NCBI GenBank assembly: GCA_043823065.1
Contig: JBDRBB010000002.1
Location: forward strand, 1-41,070
Source: Pseudomonadota bacterium
Lineage (GTDB): Bacteria; UBA10199; 2-02-FULL-44-16; DYJF01
Direction of reading: 5' to 3'
Length of the DNA: 41,070 nucleotides
In this document: positions 1-9,571 of the stretch, in pieces
How positions within the stretch are numbered: the first letter of the stretch is position 1
How the letters are laid out: each line of letters begins with the position of its first letter
Translations under genes and position numbers: made by a program
The notes under the pieces: generated by a model
Database searches by the model: none
Told to the model about the DNA's origin: nothing
Seen by the model: only the letters and a program-made list of their open reading frames with translations

Positions 1-938
1 ATTATTCGCTGATCTATTACTGGCAAAACAATTGGACCACCATGGGGGGCGTGGCCGCCAACCCCGCCCAGCATGGCAATTACAGCTGCTATACTTGAGC
101 CAATCATGATAGCGGGAATAACGCGTATCGGATCAGCAGCAGCAAAAGGAATTGCGCCTTCCGTAATACCAACTAGTCCCATAAAAAATGCTGCCACTCC
201 TGCTTCTTTTTGTTCCTGACTCCACCTTTTCCTACCAATTAACGTAGCCAGCCCCAAACCCAAAGGCGGCGTGCAGATAGCAGCAGCTACACAGCCCATA
301 ATCTGAAAATTTTCCTCCTTAATCATGGCTGCGCCAAAGAAAAAAGCTACTTTGTTTACTGGCCCACCCATATCAAAGGCAATCATTGCTCCCAAGATAG
401 CTGCCAACACTACAGCATTTCCTGTGCTAAGAGTTTTCAGCCAAGTTGAAAGAAACAGCATTAATTCAGCAATAGGCAAACCTATTACCTTTAACATTAA
501 CAAACCAATTACTGCAGAAGAAATAATTGGGATGATTAAAATTGGCATGATTGGCCGGATATATTTGGGTACTGGAATTTTTTTGATCTGATTGACGACA
601 AAGCCAGCTAAGAGACCAGCTACCATGGCACCTAAAAAACCAGCATTGATCTGCACAGCCAGATATCCTCCCACAAACCCAGGGACCAAACCTGGCCGGT
701 TGGCCATAGCATAAGCAATATAACCAGCCAAGGCAGGCAAGGCCAAGACAAACGCTGCTGAACCAATATCAAAAATTAATTTTAAGTATGGTGAATTGGA
801 AAAATCAGGACCAGCTTGGCTCAAAGGTGCTAAGGCAATGCTGGATGCTATTAAAATTCCGCCACAAGCTATAAATGGAATAACATAGGATACACCGGTT
901 AATAAATACTGCTTGATCTGCATTAATGATGCTTTCAT
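1..938 (-). CDS. PTS fructose-family EIIC permease (FrwC-like), 3' end runs off the window
   Basis: Not in the ORF track. Manual translation from ATG at 938 gives MKASLMQIKQYLLTGVSYVIPFIACGGILIA...AFDMGGPVNKVA...GITEGAIPFAAADP, the fructose EIIC signatures. Confidence 0.93.
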   Translation of the reverse strand, partial: MKASLMQIKQYLLTGVSYVIPFIACGGILIASSIALAPLSQAGPDFSNSPYLKLIFDIGSAAFVLALPALAGYIAYAMANRPGLVPGFVGGYLAVQINAGFLGAMVAGLLAGFVVNQIKKIPVPKYIRPIMPILIIPIISSAVIGLLMLKVIGLPIAELMLFLSTWLKTLSTGNAVVLAAILGAMIAFDMGGPVNKVAFFFGAAMIKEENFQIMGCVAAAICTPPLGLGLATLIGRKRWSQEQKEAGVAAFFMGLVGITEGAIPFAAADPIRVIPAIMIGSSIAAVIAMLGGVGGHAPHGGPIVLPVIDQRI

Positions 939-944
939 ATAAAA

Positions 945-1415
945 TTACCAAGTTGAGGGGATAATTGGCGCAAAAGAAACATGTTGATCTAGATACGTGT
1001 AAATTGCCCTTATTCGCGCATTAATATTAGTCCACTCTTGGGTAAAAAGAGCACCTTGCTGGTTATAATTTTGGCCATCAGAAATTAATGAGAATTGAAT
1101 AGGTCCATAAAAATTTTCAGCAGTGCGGCCGCCAATATAACAAGAGCCTCCATTAATCGTGGAATGGCAAATTATATCGTAACTGTTAGCCTCACCACCT
1201 CTTTGGTACTCTCCTTCTCTGGCAATGTGCACATAGATATCACCTAATCCCGAATCTTCCTGGGTAGTACAGGAAAGATACTGCTGCACTTGAGGTTCTG
1301 GCACCGCTTCACCAGGTCCACAACAATCATCTGAATAAAAAACAGTTCTTTCCTGCAACTCGCAATCTAATTGATAAAATCTCCCCAAACTCTCACTTAA
1401 CCTTTGGTAATCCAC
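945..1415 (-). CDS. hypothetical protein lying between the EIIB and EIIC genes
   Basis: 156-aa ORF with AGGAG RBS upstream; fills the gap between the flanking genes; no recognisable motif. Confidence 0.7.
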   Translation of the reverse strand: MDYQRLSESLGRFYQLDCELQERTVFYSDDCCGPGEAVPEPQVQQYLSCTTQEDSGLGDIYVHIAREGEYQRGGEANSYDIICHSTINGGSCYIGGRTAENFYGPIQFSLISDGQNYNQQGALFTQEWTNINARIRAIYTYLDQHVSFAPIIPSTW

Positions 1416-1426
1416 ATCTCCTCCTT

Positions 1427-1732
1427 TTATTTTTGTTTGCTTAACTTTTGCAAAACTGCCTTGGGATCCAAAATCACTTCTCCTATAGGAACTGTAACAA
1501 CTTTAATATTGGTGAAACGATTTTTACCTTCGATCTCCACATCTGTGGCTAACAAGACCAAGCTGGCAGCTTGGATATCTTTGCTGGTTAGCTCATTTTC
1601 AATACCCATAGCTCCTTGGGTTTCTACTTTGATCTCGATTTTTAGCTGCTTAGCTGCTTCTTCTAGTTTTTCAGCAGCCATATAGGTGTGGGCAATGCCA
1701 GTGGTGCATGCAGTGACAGCAACGAGTTTCAT
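1427..1732 (-). CDS. PTS fructose-family EIIB component
   Basis: AVTACTTGIAHTYMAAE and KVETQG motifs. Confidence 0.95.
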   Translation of the reverse strand: MKLVAVTACTTGIAHTYMAAEKLEEAAKQLKIEIKVETQGAMGIENELTSKDIQAASLVLLATDVEIEGKNRFTNIKVVTVPIGEVILDPKAVLQKLSKQK

Positions 1733-1864
1733 ATTTTTTCTCCTTTGCTTAGGAAAGACTCACAATTACACCCTAGCTTATAACTAACATTTTGAGATTA
1801 AAGATATAGTAAAAATCAAACATTTATTGGACAATTGTAACATTTTTTGTTAGCGAAATTCCTG

Positions 1865-2800
1865 ATGAAGAAAAAAAAAGGCCCCAGGGCTGAGCTGGTC
1901 ATTGTCCAAACCTTAAATAATTTTTTGCAGCAAATAAAATTAAGGACAATCTATATTGCTGAAGGAAACCTGCCCCCACCTGAACTTAGTTTTTTTGTTA
2001 ATTTTCCACGCTTAGATATTCTCCTGTCTGGTTCGCTTGAACTACAAATTGAAACCAATGGTGTGTCCAGAAAAATTATACTCAAACGCGGAGATGTGGT
2101 TTTTATCCCTCCAAATTCTTGGAACAAACCTTTAACAGGCCATGCTAGCCAGGTATTATCCATTTTATTTGGCAAGAAACAAACCGGGTTCAGTTTGGTG
2201 ACATATGAGAGAGAAATGGATTCCCGCTTTCGCGGGAATGACAACCGGGGTAGGAATAGCAATAGAAGCAGGCACAATAGTAGAAATGAAAATAGGATAA
2301 AGGTAGTTAAAGCTTCCTTGAAACTGGAAATGGACAATCCAATCTGGAAGATCTTGGCTGCGCTTTCAGCTACCTGTGAAAATCCATCCCCCCTACCCCC
2401 AGCCAAACTACTAATCCAAGCCATTTTACTGCTTCTAACCCAGGCGCTTAAACAACCTATTAGGTTAAAATACAGCAAGGCCAGGATAACCTTTGATAGC
2501 ATCTGCGCTTACGTTCAAGAAAATTTCAGCAAGCCAATTAACCGCGACCTAGTTGCTGCACATTTTCACTTAAATCCAAATCATCTCTCCCGATTATTTA
2601 GAAAAAGAGGACTGATGAAATTTTGTGATTATTTAAATTTTGTGCGCATTGACCGGGCCAAGTTTTTGCTTAAAAAATATGAAATGACCTTGGCTGAAAT
2701 AGCAGCTGCCTGCGGATATAATGATCCTGGCTATTTCTGCCGGATTTTTAAAAAAATCACTAAAAAAACGCCTACTGAATTCCGGGCCAAAAATAAATAA
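1865..2800 (+). CDS. AraC-family transcriptional regulator (YijO-like) with an in-frame repeat insertion
   Basis: C-terminal double HTH (HLSRLF...EIAAACGYNDPGYFCRIFKK..TPTEFR); N-terminal VNFPRL..GDVVFIPPNSWNKP; divergent from the PTS genes; ATG 1865 preferred as start. Confidence 0.88.
   Translation: MKKKKGPRAELVIVQTLNNFLQQIKLRTIYIAEGNLPPPELSFFVNFPRLDILLSGSLELQIETNGVSRKIILKRGDVVFIPPNSWNKPLTGHASQVLSILFGKKQTGFSLVTYEREMDSRFRGNDNRGRNSNRSRHNSRNENRIKVVKASLKLEMDNPIWKILAALSATCENPSPLPPAKLLIQAILLLLTQALKQPIRLKYSKARITFDSICAYVQENFSKPINRDLVAAHFHLNPNHLSRLFRKRGLMKFCDYLNFVRIDRAKFLLKKYEMTLAEIAAACGYNDPGYFCRIFKKITKKTPTEFRAKNK
2218..2244. repeat. REP-like palindrome GGATTCCCGCTTTCGCGGGAATGACAA inside the AraC CDS
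   Basis: Identical to the copy at 3909-3935 and near-identical to those at 8028 and 10906. Confidence 0.92.
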
Positions 2801-2808
2801 ACCTGCCC

Positions 2809-2859
2809 ACCTCACCCCAGCCGCTTACGTGGCCTTTCCTCTCCCACAAAGGGAGAGAG
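2809..2859. repeat. REP-like element of CCTCACCCC..CTCTCCC-N4-GGGAGAG type; may act as AraC terminator
   Basis: CTCTCCC acaa a GGGAGAG hairpin preceded by CCTCACCCCAGCC, directly after the AraC stop. Confidence 0.55.
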
Positions 2860-2887
2860 AAAAAATAAGGTAAAAAACACTTTCTAG

Positions 2888-2915
2888 GCAACTTTTTGGG
2901 TTTTCTGCCGATAAT
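2888..2915 (+). promoter_or_regulatory. candidate alternative-sigma (sigma28-like) promoter GCAACTTTT-N11-CCGATAAT
   Basis: GCCGATAA matches the sigma28 -10 box; the same bipartite motif and spacing occur at 26028-26055 (-). Confidence 0.55.
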
Positions 2916-2936
2916 ATAGGTAGAAGGGTTTAATTT

Positions 2937-3110
2937 ATGAAAAAAATGAAACCTGAAATTATTGAGAAAATAAAAAACAAGGAAAAAGAAAAACCTTGTG
3001 CAGCCCAAATCCCTTTATATCTTCCAGAAAATACGCTTCAAAACCATGAAAGCTCAGAAAGCAAAGAGAAGCAAGAAAAGAGCAGAGTAATCACTATTGA
3101 TTTAGTTTAA
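2937..3110 (+). CDS. small charged hypothetical protein (57 aa)
   Basis: Manual ORF MKKMKPEIIEKIKNKEKEKPCAAQIPLYLPE...KSRVITIDLV*, below the ORF-track cutoff; GAAGGG RBS-like sequence and promoter motif upstream. Confidence 0.55.
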   Translation: MKKMKPEIIEKIKNKEKEKPCAAQIPLYLPENTLQNHESSESKEKQEKSRVITIDLV

Positions 3111-3114
3111 GAGC

Positions 3115-3175
3115 TGTCATTCCCGAATCACTTGTCATTCCCGCACCTTTGTCATTCCCGCGAAAGCGGGAATCC
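3115..3175 (+). repeat. left REP-like array: two half-units plus one full palindrome
   Basis: TGTCATTCCCG at 3115, 3133 and 3150; the last continues as CGAAAGCGGGAATCC. Confidence 0.92.
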
Positions 3176-3178
3176 CAG

Positions 3179-3466
3179 CTAAAACAATTCATCATATAAA
3201 TCTTTCCATCCCTTATTCATCTTCTCAATTAATTCAATTTTCCATTGTCGATTCCATTTCTTTAAGCGTTTTTCACGAAGTATCGCATTTTCAGGATCAT
3301 CATAGCATTCATAATAAACTAAACGATCAACATTATATTTTTCGGTAAAACCTTCTAGAAGCTTATTTTTATGTTCTGAGATTCGTTTAATCAGATCTGA
3401 AGTGATTCCTATATATAGTGTTGTCTTGTTTTTATTGGTAAGAATATAAACGTAGTATTTTTTCAT
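3179..3466 (-). CDS. stand-alone GIY-YIG nuclease (95 aa)
   Basis: YYVYIL..TLYIGITSDLIKRISEHK..FTEKYNVDRLVYYE..AILREKRLKKWNRQWK; true start taken as ATG 3466 because the upstream extension is translated repeat. Confidence 0.93.
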   Translation of the reverse strand: MKKYYVYILTNKNKTTLYIGITSDLIKRISEHKNKLLEGFTEKYNVDRLVYYECYDDPENAILREKRLKKWNRQWKIELIEKMNKGWKDLYDELF

Positions 3467-3479
3467 TTTTAATAAATTA

Positions 3480-3586
3480 GATTCCCGCTTCCGCGGGAAT
3501 GACAAGCTGTCCCGCGGGAATGACAAGCTGTTCCGCGGGAATGACAAGCTGTTCCGCGGGAATGACAAGCTGTGCCGGGAATGCAA
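3480..3586 (-). repeat. right REP-like array: full palindrome plus 21-bp tandem repeats
   Basis: GATTCCCGCTTCCGCGGGAATGAC, with CCGCGGGAATGACAAGCTGT units at 3491, 3512, 3533, 3554 and a decayed unit near 3575. Confidence 0.95.
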
Positions 3587-3587
3587 A

Positions 3588-3890
3588 CTAAGATCGCACA
3601 AGCACGCTTTTGGCTATAAACTCGGCCAACACTACTACCTTATTATCAGAAACTTCGACAAAACCATCGCCCATTTCATAATGATCTTTCATTTCTTTGC
3701 CTTCATCATCAATCCACTTATAATAACCTTTTCCTTTAACCAAAGTGGTTAGCAAACTGGTGTGACCAGGCAATACAGTGATTTGTCCTTCCACAGTTGG
3801 CAAAGTTACTGAATGCACCTCTCCTTCAAAAGCCTGGCCTTCAGGATAAACTAGAGTTAAAAATAATTTTTTAGAATCATCGGAGGACAT
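3588..3890 (-). CDS. atpC: ATP synthase F1 epsilon subunit (short form)
   Basis: LTLVYPEG..VTLPTVEGQITVLPGHTSLLT..GFVEV; follows atpD; start ATG 3890. Confidence 0.9.
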   Translation of the reverse strand: MSSDDSKKLFLTLVYPEGQAFEGEVHSVTLPTVEGQITVLPGHTSLLTTLVKGKGYYKWIDDEGKEMKDHYEMGDGFVEVSDNKVVVLAEFIAKSVLVRS

Positions 3891-3908
3891 AATTTTTTCC
3901 CAAATACT

Positions 3909-3985
3909 GGATTCCCGCTTTCGCGGGAATGACAAATCAATTAACTTCGGATTTCTTCGTCCACCTAAAGCGAATTCGCGATGAC
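3909..3985. repeat. two adjacent REP-like elements in the atpD-atpC gap
   Basis: GGATTCCCGCTTTCGCGGGAATGAC (3909-3933) and GGATTTCTTCGTC..TTCGCGATGAC (3949-3985). Confidence 0.8.
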
Positions 3986-3995
3986 AACAACTTAT

Positions 3996-5432
<1,437 letters not shown>

Positions 5433-5441
5433 TTAATATCC

Positions 5442-5553
5442 AATAACCAAGAAACAAGATACAAACAAATTACAATATCCAAAATTCCAAAAAATGTTTG
5501 TAATTTGAAAAATTGTGATTTGTTTGGTTATTGTTTCTTGTGTCTTGGTTATT
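5442..5553. repeat. long imperfect inverted repeat built from ~7-nt units (atpG-atpD gap)
   Basis: AATAACCAAGAAACAAGATACAAACAAATTACAAT... pairs with ...ATTGTGATTTGTTTGGTTATTGTTTCTTGTGTCTTGGTTATT. Confidence 0.8.
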
Positions 5554-6413
5554 CATTTCAAGGCTTCTGCTCCTCCTACAATATCCAACAACTCCATGGT
5601 AATAGAGCTTTGTCTGGCTTTATGATATTCCAAAGTTAAGTGAGCAATCATGTCGTCTGCGTTTTTTGTGGCATTGTCCATGGCTGTCATGCGTGCAGCC
5701 AGCTCTGCTGCCCTAGATTCCCAAAATGCCTGTTCCACGGATCGAACCAGCATATTTTTAATCAATACATCTAAAGTTGCTTCTTTGCTAGGCTCATAAA
5801 TATAATCTGGCACATATTTCACATCTAAACCATGCCAATATAGCGGCAGCAAATTCCAATAAGTAACTTTTTGCATCAGGGTAGATTGAAAGCGATTAAA
5901 CATCAGCACTGCCCCAGAAGATTTTTCGCGTAAAAAACGATCCACCAAAAAAGCAGAAACACATCTGGCAGGTTCTTCCTCACCCGCACATCTGGTGTCA
6001 TCTATGTTCAAGATATTATCATATCTTTTCTTAAGATAATCATAACCTTTTTTACCTGAAACAACCAAGGTCACTTCAATGCCGTGGCTGTTATGCTCCT
6101 CAACTGTGTCTTCCACAGCCCACAAAAGATTTTCATTAAAACCGCCGCATAAACCACGATCTGAAGTAATTACTAAAACATCTATATCTTTAATATCACT
6201 GGCTCTCCTCATTAACTGCGGAGCCAGCACACCGCTTCTGCTGGATATTTTTTTAATCACTTCATAAAGGTTTTGCGTATATTTTCTAGCCTGCAAAGCC
6301 TTGGTTTGTGCGGGCCTAAGCTTGGCAGCAGCAACCTGCTTCATAGCCCTGGTTACTTTTTGAGTGCGTTTAACACTTTGAATGTGGCAACGAATGCCTT
6401 TTAAGGTTTGCAT
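5553..6413 (-). CDS. atpG: ATP synthase F1 gamma subunit
   Basis: KVTRAMK, ITSDRGLCGGFN, ARMTAMDNATKNA and RQSSITMELLDIVGGA motifs. Confidence 0.98.
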   Translation of the reverse strand: MQTLKGIRCHIQSVKRTQKVTRAMKQVAAAKLRPAQTKALQARKYTQNLYEVIKKISSRSGVLAPQLMRRASDIKDIDVLVITSDRGLCGGFNENLLWAVEDTVEEHNSHGIEVTLVVSGKKGYDYLKKRYDNILNIDDTRCAGEEEPARCVSAFLVDRFLREKSSGAVLMFNRFQSTLMQKVTYWNLLPLYWHGLDVKYVPDYIYEPSKEATLDVLIKNMLVRSVEQAFWESRAAELAARMTAMDNATKNADDMIAHLTLEYHKARQSSITMELLDIVGGAEALK

Positions 6414-6427
6414 AATTTAAATTTAGC

Positions 6428-6485
6428 TTTCGAGCTTGTCGAGAAACTAAATTTTACTTCTCGACTCGCTTACGCTCGCTCGAAA
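6428..6485. repeat. inverted doublet of TTCGAGC..GTCGAGAA palindromic elements (atpA-atpG gap)
   Basis: TTTCGAGC-TT-GTCGAGAA ... TTCTCGAC-N12-GCTCGAAA. Confidence 0.75.
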
Positions 6486-6498
6486 AATATTCTATAGC

Positions 6499-8004
6499 TT
6501 ATTTTATTTGAGCTACAACCTCTTTAATAATTTTTTCTAACTTGGCCTTGGTTTCATCTGTTAATACGCCTTTATCTTTAATGTCTTTTAAAATATCCGC
6601 GTGTTTAAGTTCAATAACATTAACCAGAGAATCTAAAAACTGTTTTACTTTTTGCAAAGGCAAGTCATCTAAAAAACCTTTAACTCCTGCGTGCAGTTCA
6701 ATTACCTGTTTTTCCATAGTCAGTGGTTGATATTGACGCTGCTTTAAGAGTTCTACTAAACGCTCTCCGCGTCGAATTTGTCTTTGCGTTGCTTGGTCCA
6801 ATTCGGTTCCAAATTGGGTAAAAGCTTCCAGCTCCCGATACTGAGCTAAATCCAAACGCAAGGAACCTGCTACTTGCTTCATGGCTTTGGTTTGCGCTGC
6901 GCCACCAACCCGGGAAACTGAAAGCCCAACATTAATAGCTGGCCTAACACCTGCGTAAAATAAATCGCTCTCCAAATAAATTTGACCATCAGTAATGGAA
7001 ATCACATTAGTAGGAATATAGGCGGAAATATCACCTGCCTGAGTTTCAATAATCGGCAAAGCAGTTAATGAACCACTGCCATGTTCTTCATTTAGCTTGG
7101 CTGCTCGTTCCAAAAGCCTGGCATGTAAATAAAAAATATCTCCTGGATAAGCCTGTCTTCCTGGTGGACGGCGCAAAAGCAAAGAAAGCTGGCGATAAGC
7201 CACCGCATGTTTGGACAAATCATCATAAATGATTAGGGCATGTTTTCCTGAATCGCGAAAATATTCACCCATGGTTACACCACTATAAGGCGCTAAAAAC
7301 TGCAAAGGAGCGGGATCTGAAGCACAAGCTGCCACTACCGTGGTATATTCCATAGCCCCGCTGGTTTTGAGTTTTTCCACCACCCTGGCTACAGTGGAAA
7401 CCTTCTGACCAATGGCGACATAAATACAATACACATCACTATCTTTTTGATTAATAATTGTATCAATGGCTATGGCGGTCTTGCCAGTCTGGCGATCGCC
7501 AATAATTAACTCCCGCTGGCCTCGTCCAATTGGGGTCATGGCATCAATGGCTTTAAGTCCGGTCATTAAGGGTTGATTTACACTGCGCCTGGCCACAATA
7601 CCCGGGGCCTTAATTTCAATTTTTCTGAATTCACTGGTTTTAATCTGACCCAAACCATCCAAAGGTTCGCCAATGGCATTTACCACTCTTCCCATAACTG
7701 CCTGGCCCACTGGCGCTGAGGCAATTTCACCTGTTCTTTTGACAACATCCCCTTCTTTAATGCGGGTATCATCACCCATAATAGCAATACCCACAGACTC
7801 ATTTTCCAAATTCAGCACAATGCCTGGAACTAAATCGGCAAATAAAACCAGCTCACCAGCCATGACATTTTGCAGCCCATAAACTGTGGCAATGCCATCG
7901 CCAACAGCCAAGACCTGACCAATTTCTTCTAACTTGGCTGGCTGCTCGTAATTGCTAATTTGCTGTTTAATAATTCTGGTAATTTCATCAGCCCGAATAT
8001 CCAT
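6499..8004 (-). CDS. atpA: ATP synthase F1 alpha subunit
   Basis: GDRQTGKT and [14 protein letters not shown] motifs. Confidence 0.99.
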   Translation of the reverse strand: MDIRADEITRIIKQQISNYEQPAKLEEIGQVLAVGDGIATVYGLQNVMAGELVLFADLVPGIVLNLENESVGIAIMGDDTRIKEGDVVKRTGEIASAPVGQAVMGRVVNAIGEPLDGLGQIKTSEFRKIEIKAPGIVARRSVNQPLMTGLKAIDAMTPIGRGQRELIIGDRQTGKTAIAIDTIINQKDSDVYCIYVAIGQKVSTVARVVEKLKTSGAMEYTTVVAACASDPAPLQFLAPYSGVTMGEYFRDSGKHALIIYDDLSKHAVAYRQLSLLLRRPPGRQAYPGDIFYLHARLLERAAKLNEEHGSGSLTALPIIETQAGDISAYIPTNVISITDGQIYLESDLFYAGVRPAINVGLSVSRVGGAAQTKAMKQVAGSLRLDLAQYRELEAFTQFGTELDQATQRQIRRGERLVELLKQRQYQPLTMEKQVIELHAGVKGFLDDLPLQKVKQFLDSLVNVIELKHADILKDIKDKGVLTDETKAKLEKIIKEVVAQIK

Positions 8005-8027
8005 GTCTCCCCCCGAAATTATGTTTG

Positions 8028-8054
8028 GGATTCCCGCTTACGCGGGAATGACAA
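8028..8054. repeat. REP-like palindrome (atpH-atpA gap)
   Basis: GGATTCCCGCTTACGCGGGAATGACAA. Confidence 0.92.
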
Positions 8055-8063
8055 CCGTTAGCC

Positions 8064-8588
8064 CTATACTTCTTTCTGCATCCTTTCTAACCTGCCTAAT
8101 ATCGAATTATCAAACACCTTGTCTCCCACTTTTAAGACAATTCCGCCAAGCAAATCTGGATTAACTTTTACCTCACAAACTACTTTTTGGGCAAATTGAC
8201 GCGACAAAATTTCCTCGACCTTAGATCTAGCTTGAAAAACATATTTGTCAGCTGCCACTTCAACTTTAACATGAATAATTTTTTCAAAGCCTGCTTTAAT
8301 TTTTAAATATTGGGCAACAATCAAACCAAACAAATTATTGAGTCCTTTGTCAGCTAAGAGTAATAAAAAGTTCTTTAATAAACCTGATAAAGCAAAAGAG
8401 GTGATAATTGTCTGAATTAGGTTTTTTTTGCGCTCCAAAGGAATATTTACATCATCCAATAAAAGGCGAAAACGGGGTATTTCTTGTCGATATTTTTCTA
8501 TGGCACTGATTTCTGCCCAAATTTGCTCAATAATTCCCTGGTGTTTGGCCAGTTCAAACAATGCCTTGGCATAACGCTTGGCAAGCAC
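8064..8588 (-). CDS. atpH: ATP synthase delta subunit
   Basis: AKRYAKALF and LLGGIVLKVGDKVFDNS motifs; directly upstream of atpA; start uncertain. Confidence 0.93.
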   Translation of the reverse strand: MLAKRYAKALFELAKHQGIIEQIWAEISAIEKYRQEIPRFRLLLDDVNIPLERKKNLIQTIITSFALSGLLKNFLLLLADKGLNNLFGLIVAQYLKIKAGFEKIIHVKVEVAADKYVFQARSKVEEILSRQFAQKVVCEVKVNPDLLGGIVLKVGDKVFDNSILGRLERMQKEV

Positions 8589-8710
8589 CTGTTCATTTAT
8601 ATGATTTTTTCTAATATCTCCCCCCTGAAAGATTTATAGCACATTAAAAAGAACTTGCACAAAAAAAACATGTATCGTAGATGCTCATAAAATGTAGTTT
8701 AAAGAAAGAA

Positions 8711-9571
8711 ATGACCATGTTAAACGTACGCAAAGCAGTTATTCCAGCTGCCGGCTTAGGCACCAGATTTTTACCAATAACCAAATCTCTACCTAAAGAA
8801 TTGCTCCCTATTGGCAGCAAACCAACTTTGCAAATAGTTATTGAAGAGCTTATTGCCTCTGGCATTTTCGATATTACCATAATTACTTCTCCCCATAAAC
8901 AAGCGCTTCAACAATATTTTGATATCAACTCTTCTTATCATGAAATTTTAGATAATTCTGCTAACACACCTGTTTTAGATGATATTTTGCAAATAAGGGC
9001 CAAGGTAGATATTAAATGGGTTTTTCAAAACAATCCCAGGGGTTTGGGTCATGCTATTTTATGCGCCAAAGGAGCTGTGGGTCTGGAACCTTTTGTCATC
9101 TGCTTGCCTGATGTGATTATTGAAAGCAAAGTTCCTTGCACTAAACAATTAATTCAGGCTTATGAAGAAATTGGGGAAGCTGTTAATGCCACTGAACATA
9201 CACCTCAACACAAACTTCACCTTTACGGCATTTACGACATCAGCTCTTCTGAAGGCAAGTTGCATAAAGCCAGAGGCGTTGTGGAAAAGCCAAAAGCAAG
9301 CCAGGCCCCCTCTGATTTATGTGTAGTGGGCAGATATTTGTTCCCTGCTGACATCTTTCCTATTCTGGAGGATACCAAACCTGGCTATAACGGCGAAATC
9401 CAGCTAGCTGATGCCATGAACACTTTAGCTAAAGCAGGGCGCATGTATGCTTATGAATATGAAGGCACTCAATTTGACACTGGCGATAAATTAGGTTTTC
9501 TCAAGGCAAACATATACTTTGGACACTTGGAGTTTGGAAAAGAATTAGGTAATTTTCTGAAAACTTTATGA
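8711..9571 (+). CDS. galU: UTP--glucose-1-phosphate uridylyltransferase
   Basis: KAVIPAAGLGTRFLPITKSLPKELLPI, VVEKP and GEIQL motifs; start 8711 or 8717. Confidence 0.93.
   Translation: MTMLNVRKAVIPAAGLGTRFLPITKSLPKELLPIGSKPTLQIVIEELIASGIFDITIITSPHKQALQQYFDINSSYHEILDNSANTPVLDDILQIRAKVDIKWVFQNNPRGLGHAILCAKGAVGLEPFVICLPDVIIESKVPCTKQLIQAYEEIGEAVNATEHTPQHKLHLYGIYDISSSEGKLHKARGVVEKPKASQAPSDLCVVGRYLFPADIFPILEDTKPGYNGEIQLADAMNTLAKAGRMYAYEYEGTQFDTGDKLGFLKANIYFGHLEFGKELGNFLKTL

Noticed and set aside
325..591. Plus-strand 88-aa ORF and other short ORFs nested in long genes (e.g. 1951..2502, 4046..4339, 36167..36415)
   Set aside because: Shadow frames of well-supported genes.
3480..3586. 21-bp repeat array as a CRISPR array
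   Set aside because: Units are contiguous with an essentially invariant linker; there are no unique spacers and no cas genes.
3467..3601. N-terminal extension of the GIY-YIG ORF (SLSFPRN repeats)
   Set aside because: It is translation of the tandem DNA repeat; the nuclease domain starts at ATG 3466.
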